Source: Oopsacas minuta
Lineage: Eukaryota > Animalia > Porifera
Assembly: GCA_024704765.1 (NCBI GenBank)
Contig: JAKMXF010000066.1
Coordinates: forward strand, 442,499-506,498
Direction: 5' to 3'
DNA: 64,000 nucleotides
Shown: positions 12,701-23,700 of the stretch, one piece after another
Numbering within the stretch: position 1 is the stretch's first letter
Layout of the letters: the number at the start of each line of letters is the position of its first letter
Translations under genes and position numbers: made by a program
Notes under the pieces: generated by a model
Database searches by the model: none
The model's input: only the letters and a program-made list of their open reading frames with translations
Told to the model about the DNA's origin: nothing

Positions 12701-15700
12701 CTAGAAAGTATGCAAAAAAAGGTTAAGAATTTAATAATATAAAGTTAGTAGAAATTTGTTGAATATTTTATTAAAATTTAGATGAGTGAGATTGATCCAT
12801 CACTCATTCTGGAGGCAAAAAAGTTGGGATTTTCTGACAAACAGATAGCTCGTCATGTCAACAAGTTAGTACCCGTATATTCCTGTGTGCTTCTTCTAAT
12901 TATAATCACGTTCTTACAGCATAGAGTTAAATGTGAGGAAATACAGACTTGAGCATAACATTGTACCATACGTGAAGCAGATAGATACAGTAGCTGGAGA
13001 ATATCCAGCTTACAGCAACTACCTCTATCTAACATATAATGCTACTGAACATGATTTGCTTCCATCTGATAATGCTATTCTAGTATTAGGAAGTGGTGTA
13101 TATAGAATTGGTAGTAGTGTAGAGTTTGATTGGTGTGCTGTAGGGTGTATCAGAGAGCTGAGAAAGGTAAAATGGAATTTTTGTTACATTTTATTCTACT
13201 TTGATATTTCTTTCATTTTTACCGTGCACTTGACCTACGCAGTGCATTATTTATTGGTATACAGTGAAGTTCGCTTATTTGCAAGTCGTATTATCTACGA
13301 ATTTCCCTTGCTATTAGATAAAATATTTCCAAAATTCATTTGATAGCAAGTTTACGTATTAGCAAAGGTTGACTCTAAGTCCCTGAAAAAAACTTGCTTT
13401 TAGGCGAATTGCTAATATGCGAATTTATTTTTAATGTATCTTATGTTTAGCTCACTTATAGTACAATAATGGTTAATAACAATCCAGAGACCGTTAGTAC
13501 AGATTATGATGAGTGTGATAGACTGTATTTTGAGGAATTAAGTTTTGAGGTAAGAAAATATAATAAATATCTACAGTTCCTTTGTAATATATATTCTTGT
13601 ATAATTAGGTTGTACTCGATATTTATAACCTTGAGATGCCACAAGGAATGATTGTAAGCGCAGGAGGACAGCTACCTAACAATATTGCTCTAGCTCTACA
13701 CAGACAACGTGTATGTTGTAAATATCTTATATATCTTAATATATGTATTTGTCGATGGTTTGTTTTTTGTCCGGAATTGATTGAGCGCTAGAGACTTGAA
13801 AATTTGGCATGTGTGTGGACTATAATGAGGAATATTATTAATATTTCAGTGGACTATTGAAACCATATTATTCCACCAAATATCTATTTTGGCAAAAAAT
13901 TTCAAATTGCATATAAATAATCGTGTTATACATTTGAAAGTGTCCGAATCGAATTCTACACTCCTATTTTCCCCTAAATAGCAGGTAATCTCAAGGACAG
14001 TTTTGAAAGATTGATAAAGAGTGAAAATATGATATTGTCAACAAGATATTGTCTATTTTTTGTTGTTTAGATGCATAAAGTAAACAATTTTCTAAATAGT
14101 CTTAGAAACTTGGATTCAACGGTTATACCGGGGTAATCGGATACGCTGATTCCGAATTACGCACTTTCAAGGTACTCATGTGTGAATAATAGTTGGTCTT
14201 AAACGAGCAAGCGAGGCGGCTCGTTATTGATAATTATCGGTCTTTTTTTAAAGTGTTCGCAAAACTTGCTTATATTAAATTAATTTCGTATATTCTTGAT
14301 GTTATTTCATAGGTTAAAATACTTGGTACAAGTCCTGAGATGATAGATACAGCTGAGAACAGATTTAAGTTCTCTCGTCTTCTCGATTCTATTCAAGTTA
14401 CACAACCAAAATGGAGAGAAGTGAAGGACATAGAAGTAAGTGACGAAATCACTAATATGCCCAAATCTCAAAATTTATTTATTTATTTGATGTAGACTGC
14501 TTCTGAATTCTGCAATGAAGTAGGATATCCTTGCTTACTGAGACCATCCTATGTATTGAGTGGAGCTGCAATGAATGTAGCAATGAATGATGAAGAATTG
14601 GAGCAGTATCTCAAAGATGCTATGATTGTGTCGAAAGATTATCCTGTTGTTATTTCAAGATACATTGTAGATGCTCAGGTGTATTATTTGAATATAGATT
14701 TTGTATCATCTTAAATAATCTGAAAAGTACGAAGTATGACTTTTAACCAATGCAACTCACCATCAAAATGGTGGGAAAATATCCAATGGATTCCGGTTAT
14801 AAGACCCCCTTCTTGGGGGTAGCAACACATGTTCTTATAATCAGTATATTTACAGTTGTATATGGTGAACTTTATCCAGAGGATGGTGCTTATATTTGGC
14901 ATGTTCTTATAAGTTATAACCGGCGCCCACTGTATATTGTACAATTTTCTAGAATTATATGAATGTTCTTGGATTGTAGGAGATTGATGTAGATGCAGTT
15001 GCACAGAACGGTAAATTACTAGCTATAGGTATAGCAGAACATGTAGAGAATGCTGGAGTGCATTCAGGAGATGCTACACTAATAACTCCACCCAAAAATA
15101 TTAAGAAAACTATCTTGAAACTCATTGATAAGATTGTGAGGAAGATTGCTCAAGCTCTGCATGTTTCTGGACCTTTCAACTTACAGCTAATCGTTAAGGT
15201 AAATACCTTTAATTAGTCCTGTGTTTATATTTGATTAATTCTATTATATTAGTTAATTTTGGCTAATTCGGTTATAGGAAGATGATATTAAAGTGATAGA
15301 GTGTAACTTGAGAGTTTCAAGGTCTCTCCCTTTCATTTCTAAGACGCTCGACACAGACTTTATGTCCCTAGCAACCAAAGTTATCATGGGAATTCCCTGT
15401 CAACCTGTAAAGATGTCAACCAGCATTGAACGTGTTGGAGTTAAAGTGCCTCAGTTCTCGTTCTCCCGACTGGAGGGAGCTGATTGTAAAGTAGGAGTAG
15501 AGATGTGTAGTACTGGGGAAGTAGCTTGTTTCGGAGAGAATGTGTATGAGGCTTATATCAAGGCACTGTTAAGTCGTGGATTCAAAATACCAACCAAAGC
15601 CATTCTCTTATCAATCGGAACTTATAAAGTAAGTCTTTTAAACATTTATGTGATATATTTGCAGATTCGAGATATATTGATTAGCGTAGAGACACTGATG

Positions 15701-18700
15701 CTACTTTCAATATATATCGGTATTTTAAATTATATAAACTAATCTAGGCTAAAAGAGAGCTTTTGGATACTGTGAAGTTGTTACAGAAGTTGAATTATGA
15801 GCTCTACGGGAGTTCTGGTACTGCAGATTTCTACTCAGAGAACGGAATACAAGTAAGCTAATCATACGAATTCACCCATATATGTTCTAAAATAAATTCA
15901 ATTCAGATTACGGAGGTCTACTGGCCACAAAATCAATCAGATGGTACATCATCTGGGCCCTTAAAGACTACAACAGATTATTTGAATCAACAAATGTTCG
16001 ATTTACTGATTAATATTCCTAAACGAGCGTATTTCAAAGCTCCATCTCTCCTCTCACACGGTTATAAGATAAGGAGACTAGCTACTGATCAATCGGTACC
16101 TGTCATTGTAGATATCAAGAGTGCTATATTATTCACTGAGTCACTCGCCTTTCTCAAGAAACAGCCTCCTCCAGTTAAGACAATGATAGATTCTATATCT
16201 ACTCATCAGATTGTCAGACTACCAGGGTTGATAGATGTACACGTGCATGCTAGAGATCCTGGTCAGACACATAAAGAGGATTTTGATTCTTGTACTTGTG
16301 CTGCTCTGGCTGGAGGTATTACCTTTATTGGTGCTATGCCGAATACTAACCCTCCTATAACTGACTTTGATATATTCTCCAACACGATAGAGGTAATATT
16401 AATATTGAAATTCTAATTACAGTAAACTCCTGATATATCGAAACTCAAAGGATCGCGATGTTCGATATAACCGTTGAAAATTATTTTACATTAACGATTT
16501 GGGACAGTATGTGTACAATTTCGGACTTCTATATAAGCGGATATTTCGAACATATCGGTGATCGATATAACGGGATTTACTGTATATTATCCAAATTTCA
16601 ATTTCTTGTATTATATACGTATTAGGATCTGTCATTGAAAGCTAGATGCGATTTTGGCTTGTTCGTGGGAGCTACAAACACCAATATGAATGAATTATCA
16701 CATCTCCATGAGGATGCTTTTGCACTTAAAATGTATCTCAACCAAACATTCTCTACTCTCCAGCTTGATGATATGTCCGTATGGACTAACCATCTGGAGA
16801 AATGGCCTGTTACTAAGCCTCTGTGTGTGCATGCAGAAGGACATACTATGGGAGCTATAATATTACTAGCTGAGCTCATTAACAGACCGGTACACATATG
16901 TCATGTAGCTAGGAAGCAAGAAGTGAGTTATTACGTATATAGTACAGTGGAGTTCGCCTCCTACCAAGTCGTATTTTGTATGAATTTCCTTTGCTATTAG
17001 AAGAATTTTTTCAATACAAAATGGACTCCAGGTCTCTAATACAATTATTGGCGAATATTGCTAATAGGCGAACACCACTGAAACAGATATTTGTATTTTA
17101 AGATTGAACTGATCAAGCGAGCCAAACAACGTAACATCCAAATTACATGTGAAGTATGTCCTCATCATTTATTCCTGTCTACTGAGGATGCTGATAGCTT
17201 AGGACTATCACAAGGAAGGAGGGAAGTTAGACCACGTCTGCAATCTAAAGCTGATCAACAAGCTCTATGGGATAATTTAGATATCATTGATTGTTTTGCT
17301 ACTGATCATGGTATGTATTGAAATCTTTATGTTCTATGTTTTCAAGTTTAATACCAATCATTTACTGTAGCTCCGCACACAATTGAGGAGAAGGATAGGG
17401 AGAATAATCCACCTCCTGGATTCCCTGGACTAGAGACTATGCTCCCTCTGCTTTTGACTGCTGTCAGTCAGGGAAGAATGACAATGAATGTAAGCTTATA
17501 CATAAATTGAAGTTATTATCGAGTGCCCTCTACATTGTTCAATACGATTGTAAATTTGACATACGTATATCAATGAATATAAATTTCAACGCATCATATG
17601 GATCTTGATTTGGATCATTTCCACAGTACGTACAACAAAGGGAAAATACAGTGGTACCTCGTTAATACGAATTCCAATGGACGGTCATAATAGTTCGCTT
17701 TATCCAAACTTATACGTATTAAGTTCCACTGTAATTAACAATGCTATTAATCTAGGATATAATAACTCGTCTCCACACCAACCCACTCCGTATATTCAAT
17801 ATACCTCCGCAACAAGACACTCATATAGAAGTAGATCTAGACGAAGAATGGATAATACCAGCTGCTACCAAACACAGTAAAGCAGGATGGACTCCATTCG
17901 CAGGGATGAGAGTTAAAGGAATTGTTAAGAGAGCTGTATTGAGAGGACAGACTGTATTTGTTGATGGGAAGGTAAGAAAATATTAATATAGCAATTCATA
18001 TGGTGAAAGTATGTATCACTTTTTCTCACTATATCAGGTGTTATCAGAACCGGGTACGGGGAGACACTTCTTATCGAAGTCCCTGACGTCACCCAGACCC
18101 TCCTCTGGTTATCTAACTCCATCCAGACTATTTCCAAGCAAGATAGAGGATACAGAGATAATATCTGTTCCTCAACTCCCCGCAGATACTAAAGTAGCTT
18201 CTACTATTAGTTCTTATCCTGATTTAGATTCTCCAATGCAAGGGAGTTGGACTCACAAACATGTTATTTCAGTAGACCAGTTTACAAGAGGACAGGTATA
18301 CAAATAATTAAATAATTTATGACTTGTTTTCATGAGTTTGTTTGCTCATTTAGCTCCATGACTTATTCCAGTTGTCCCATGAGATGCGTCTTAAGGTACA
18401 GGGGAAAGGAGGATGTGACTTACTCAAAGGTAGGGTCCTGGGATCTGTGTTTTATGAACCTAGCACTAGGACAAGTTGTTCATTTCAGTCTGCTATGCAG
18501 AGACTTGGAGGTACTGTTATTGACTTGAAGATGGAATCATCTTCTATTGTTAAGGGAGAATCTATTGAAGGCGAGTTTGTTTATTATCATTATTATCAAT
18601 CTCATAGTTTCGAATACGGATATACCGAAATACCCGCTTATATAGAAGCATGAAATTGTACAAATATAGTTCCAAACCTTCAAAATTACTTATATTTATC

Positions 18701-19557
18701 GGTTTTATCGAACTCCTCTCATATTTCGGTCCCTTGAGCTTCGATATAACGTGAGTTGACTGTAATTGTTTTCCTTATAGATACAATTCAAATGCTATGT
18801 GGATACTGTGACATAGTAGTGTTGAGGCATCCTGATGTAGGTGTATGTCAAAGATTGTCTAGGATAGCTACAAAACCGTTAATTAACGCAGGAGATGGTA
18901 CTGGAGAACATCCTACACAAGCATTACTGGATATATTCACTATCAGAGAAGAGATAGGGACTGTGAATGGACTTACAGTGAGTTTATATATAATAATACA
19001 ATTAGAATTTAGCACAATAGAAAAGCTTCTATGGGATTTTATTGAGGATTTGACTTTTTTCACTCAATTTCTAGATTACCTTAGCTGGAGATCTCAAACA
19101 CGGACGTACAGCTCATTCGCTGTCTCGCCTCTTAACTTTATATCAGGTTAGATTGCTTTACGTTTCTCCACCGGGACTTGAAATGCCTGACAGTGTTACT
19201 AACTTCATTTCCAAACGCGGAATTCGTCAAAGCAGTTACAAATCTCTACAAGAGGTACTACCCCATACAGATGTATTGTATATGACACGAATACAAAAGG
19301 AGAGATTTACAGCGCCATCACATTACGAATCATCCGAAGGTAATCTTATTCTCACTTCTGACCTTATGATGCTAGCTAAAGAGAAAATGGTTGTGTTACA
19401 TCCTCTTCCTCGTGTGGATGAAATTTCCCCTGAAGTAGATGCAGATCCTAGAGCAGTGTATTTTAGACAAGCTACATACGGGATGTATATACGTATGGCT
19501 CTACTCGCGAAACTTTTCCCTACTCTCTCAACTACTATTGGTAGTAGTGAGCTTTAG
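6797..19557 (+). CDS. CAD: CAD trifunctional protein (glutamine amidotransferase + carbamoyl-phosphate synthetase + dihydroorotase + aspartate transcarbamylase), about 33 exons
   Basis: Exon 1 (6797-6887) reads [27 protein letters not shown] (CPSase small subunit). GATase: [29 protein letters not shown] (9596-10100). CPSase large chain: [73 protein letters not shown]. DHOase: [22 protein letters not shown] (about 16210). ATCase: [27 protein letters not shown], ending ...[18 protein letters not shown] at 19557. Short GT-AG introns throughout. The 1.67 kb intron at about 7711-9385 is the exception. Confidence 0.95.
7437..7575. mobile_element. MITE-like element family A (TIR TACAGTCAACTCCCGTTATATCGAAG), copy in a CAD intron, right end truncated
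   Basis: Starts ACAGTCAACTCCCCTTATATCGAAGCT and has the internal TTGTACAATTTCAGACTTCGATATAAGCGGGTAT core shared by all copies. Confidence 0.75.
7791..9230 (+). CDS. Intronic ORF (about 480 aa) inside the large CAD intron: coiled-coil/low-complexity Ser-Thr-Lys-Asn-rich protein with a TSTPTKQAN tandem motif; candidate nested gene
   Basis: Uninterrupted ORF 7734..9230; the likelier start is the ATG at 7791 ([12 protein letters not shown]...). Codon usage looks coding-like, the N-terminal 150 aa have charged coiled-coil character, and an imperfect tandem ([24 protein letters not shown]) is present. It lies entirely between CAD exons at about 7710 and 9386, on the same strand. Confidence 0.4.
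   Translation: MFEIDSVDEDNPKVQGKLQDITERMSLLLTSYEGPSDKLSQRLALKREKKNNQVKAEIFDILTDFDQIVDERDDLLSSIESWFDGSSRLMQGVNTDGNAEEAWKMIENEMKKLFGVLQAYKNSSKDVSALERRLLEVVFKDTADIGELEKVRNKISFNSFRKKTKSKLNSRVKKNTRLESVEEIKSELSITSLSKAKKDSSNLPAKLCPVEIQTNLLNDSQKTNGNVVMKCVNKEQVKPHKNKNRINVAIQTDDFECEPNFSNEKIIAECLPDSIDAIQSISCLQDSLVEIIDQSDTSINTNNMNFSITDALKNELEFLSYKPKRNHLTIRKNTTSTPTKQANISTPTKQANTSANSPFIHLKNSPVLSPITSKPILSNKRDTNNFSPKFPNLSFIQKEQLKHDNIELYLSKSNRRSPVMDHRLFTPISEYPSKKNSSTIRTLGSVRMDRAMPTHIFKQDDQVKKWGSSLVDFMKDMCI
13260..13426. mobile_element. MITE-like family B copy in a CAD intron
   Basis: TACAGTGAAGTTCGCTTATTTGCAAGTCGTATTATCTACGAATTTCCCTTGCTATTAGATAAAAT...TTAGGCGAATTGCTAATATGCGAATT. Shares the GTCGTATT..C.ACGAATTTCC.TTGCTATTAG / AGGCGAA..GCTAATA.GCGAA blocks with 16942-17080 and 22719-22819. 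Confidence 0.6.
16418..16584. mobile_element. MITE family A, complete copy in a CAD intron
   Basis: TACAGTAAACTCCTGATATATCGAAACTCAAAGGATCGCGAT...TGTACAATTTCGGACTTCTATATAAGCGG...CGATATAACGGGATTTACTGTA. Terminal inverted repeats are present at both ends. Confidence 0.8.
16942..17080. mobile_element. MITE-like family B (TACAGTGGAGTTCGCC ... GGCGAACACCACTG termini), copy in a CAD intron
   Basis: TACAGTGGAGTTCGCCTCCTACCAAGTCGTATTTTGTATGAATTTCCTTTGCTATTAG...GGCGAATATTGCTAATAGGCGAACACCACTG. Related copies at 13260-13426, 22719-22819 and 6424-6477 (partial). Confidence 0.65.
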
Positions 19558-20727
19558 TTGATTAACTAGCAATATTTCTAACAAAAATTAGGAATATAGC
19601 AATTTTATGCAAATAGTAACAATTTTAGGAAATTGGAATAATAAATTTTGATATTTTATTCCTGGTTTATTATTTCTGTGTTTGTTATGTTGATAAAACG
19701 GTTATTTGAAGATAATGTTGTAGGGGTTATAAACTCATTGATAGAGTCTCTCTGTCAATATATTACAGTGTAACCTCCACACACGCCAATTCCTCGTTTG
19801 TGGAGGTTTCCCTGTATTCGTTTAAAAATAGGATAAATTGGATAATTATTGCTAATCTATGCTATGAAATAAAATTTTCAGAGAAATATAAGATACTACC
19901 GGTTAATTAGTAAATTTATAAATGATTCCTCTACACTAATATTCGGGGCTATTACTTGATTTGTTATTCTATCCTGATAACATCAATTTGAAGGGGATTG
20001 CATGCGTGTAAGGTAGATAGCATTAATTATGCTAAATTAATGGCAAATTGTATCAGATATGATTTCATTTTTATTATAATAAATAGGATATTATTACATT
20101 GTGGTTGATTCCTTAAACAGATCAATTTTAGATAAATGTATTAGCTAATACAACACATGAGGCCGATGATTATCAAATATATCCTCTTATTTGTTATGAA
20201 GTAATTCTCCATAAGTGCTTATTGATTATTGTTGTTAATTATTTGAGAATGTCTAATTCATCGGTTTCCAGGTTGGAATTGCTGATCTAAATGCTTAAAA
20301 TTGAAACTATATTATAACAGTCCCTACAATTGCTTTAGAGATAAAGTTTAGAATCACTCATTCTCTACAAGCACACATAACTTACAACCGTGTAAAGGTC
20401 TCGTGTAGTCCCATGACTTTAGCCACGAATTTCTTTGTGTATACATCAATACTAATAGAATACAATTGTAGAATCATACAGAAATATCATGAGGATATAA
20501 TTCAGAAGAAATATGGCCTCTGAATTATAGAAATATGATATTTAACACAATATAATGCTATTATGTATATATGTATGCATACAATAAATGGTGAGAGTCA
20601 AATATTGGACATAATTGGAATACTCTATACCTAGCCACGAATAATGAATGCCAATTGTGAGTAGTATAAATAGGTTGCTCTGTTAGTGGGTTTATAACGA
20701 ATCTCTTAAATTTTATTAATTTGTAAA

Positions 20728-23700
20728 ATGACTACTAATGAAGATATTCAGGATCAGAAAATCAATCGAATCCTTGCTGATAATTGTGGATATGAAAGTG
20801 TGAATGAATGGATTTTAGGTATGGGACTTGGACAGTATTACGATCTGTTCATTGAGAATGGTTATGATAGTTTCAGAATATGTTCAGAGATTCAGAAGAT
20901 CGATATTGAGACGATTGGTATTCGTAATCAATTTCATGCAAGTATTCTTATTAAAGGGGTTGCTAAAATGAATAATCCAAAATCTCAATCTGTTTACCAT
21001 CGTTTATCGGTTTGTACTCCTGACGACAATGAAAATAAAAGTATTGCCAGTGAGCTGAATATTACTCCACCCACACAGACTGAACACAAATTAACAAATG
21101 GTTGTGATCCTTCTAAACTAACTGAGGACTTTTATAAGAAGAAACCAAGTCTTCTAGAGAAGAGATCAGTTCGTACCCTGCTAGTACAACTTAAAATAGA
21201 TTTGTCAGAACCGATCTATGAAGAAAATGTAAGTTTTTGATTTCTTATTTTATTTTAATGATTTTATCATTGAATTTATTTGTCCCATTCATTTTAACTC
21301 TCATGGGTATATTTAATAGGAAATCACATATTGACACACTCAGTGATTATAGTTTATTGTATTTCATACTTATCGATTTATTCCGGTTTTATTATAGTAA
21401 GAAAAAACCGATTTCTAGTGTCCATTTTTTCAATTCATACCTGTATATGACTGCTATCTACGGAATAGTCAAAATAATCAGAGCAATTTTGATGTTGTGA
21501 ATTCATAGTTTCCCTTGACAGTTTTCACTTATCACTTTATGGATTAATTTATAATTCATAAATATATGACGAATACATAGTCAACACCCGTTATATCGAA
21601 GCTCAAGGGACTGCGATAATTACTTCGATCTAACGGATGTATTCTATGTTACTTTGACGGGTTGGGGCCAGATTTGTACAATTTTAGACTTAGTTAAAAG
21701 CTGGTATCTCGATATTACGGGTATTGACTGCTTGTAAACATATTTAATGGTAAAATTGGCAGTGAGTGCCAATTTGTCCAAATTATTCATTTCCTATAAT
21801 TTACCTTGAACTTGTAATGGCGTCTGTATACAATGATATTTGTAATACTTAATATTGTTACCAATCATTCTTAGTAGATTTATTGAGATTATTCAGTTTC
21901 TTCAGTTGCTAACATTTTAAGTATAGTATGACTGTGTAATATTATCCTTACAAGTAATACAGTACAATCAATTTCTAAGAAATATTGTTGAACTCTCACG
22001 TGTTTAAGATTTTATTTATCAATAAGATGAGTTTCTCTATTATTTAAATGTAAAGAGGACTGCACCATCTGTGTATTTAAGGGAAAGTTATGAAATACCA
22101 AGATTAGTAAGATTTGTCAAACTAGCTTAAAATGGCATAAATCTTATTTTAGCTTATATAAACTACAGAGAACTCAGTTAGTAGGTACTCGGCTTAAGAC
22201 GTACTCTCGGTAGATATTGATACACACTATCCTAATTGTATCTAAATTTACAGATTGGAGCGATAAGCAAAGCCAGTAATATCTATTATTAATACACATG
22301 TATATGTGTTCCACCAGGATACCCAACCTAACCCGGTTACATAACCGGCGTCTCATAACGGCATTGAGGTTGGGTATCCAGGAGGAACATATATTATACC
22401 ATATGACTTCACTGTATTCGTATATTAATAAACGTATGTTTAGTCTCGTTCTTTGGATGGACTCGCTGAACAGATCAGTCAACAGCTTACTATGGAGGAA
22501 TTATCTGTATACGATATTCTATGTTTGTTGAGGAGGATGGCTGTAGATAATAATTCTCCTAGACCCAATAAACTACCTATACAATTACCTAATAATGTTA
22601 TACCTAATGGAGACCCCACTTCTGTCTCTTCACCTGGGGAAAATGTGTTCTCAAGTCCGGACAGTTTTACTCCTCTCAGTCCAGACCCCGTAACTACGAA
22701 CATTCAATCGGTATGTTAATACAGTGGAGTTGACCCATTAACGAATCGTATTTTCCACGAATTTCCCTGCTGGTACTAAGTCCCTTAGGCGAATTGTTAA
22801 TGAGTAAACATCACTATAATGCAATAATTATTCCATTTTCCAAATTTGATACACCAATCACCCTTGACGAATATATTTCTATTCATTTGAACTATTCCCA
22901 TATTCACATATAACTGATGCCATTCCATCTCTATCATATCTCAATTAGAACATTAACGACATGAAACATTCCTTTTCAACTTTGTTGAATCCTTGAATTC
23001 TAAATTGTTTATTAATAATAAACTTATCTAGTTTGACTTCTGCAAGGAATCTCCGATTATTTGTTGTTTGTTTCTTTTAGAAACCCCCCAAACCTCCTAG
23101 ATTATTCACAAATCCAGAAGATAAGTCCTTGGTAAGTTTTCACTATTCACGAATCATACCCAATTTGAAGCAGTAAGGAATGGAATTGGTTTCTAATTAC
23201 AACTTGCATTACTTCCAAAAACAAAGATTGTGATTTAATTATGTTAATTGTTTGTTTGACATTATAGCCATATAATTGGCTATTGTAGATTTTGGGATTA
23301 GTTGGTGGTCACTAATTGATATTTACCGAATGTCTTTGATTCCTCTCGCAGATTCCGCTTGCAAATGGAGAATCTTCACTCCCCATTAGTAACAGTATTT
23401 CCTCTAACTCTGTATCTGTAACGGATGTAGCTGCTGGGTGTCCTTATGATATATTACGTGCAGATAGTGTTGAGCCTCAGATTGTATCTACCAGTAATGT
23501 GAGTTGACTTAATTGTAATGGAGTCAGCAAGAAACACGTTGATAAACGACTAGATAATTATTTGATAAATTGTATTATTTCATATATAGCAGATTCATAC
23601 TGCAAACAACTATTCCAAACATTCCCTGTACCCATTCCAACATATATCTCCATTCCATATATCTATATCACTACTACAATATATCATGTGTATATAGGTT

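Noticed and set aside
14711-15004. Overlapping + and - ORFs (70 and 97 aa) in a CAD intron
   Set aside because: The region is an inverted-repeat/foldback structure (CCGGTTATAAG...CTTATAACCGG). The ORFs are a by-product of the palindromic sequence. No coding signature.
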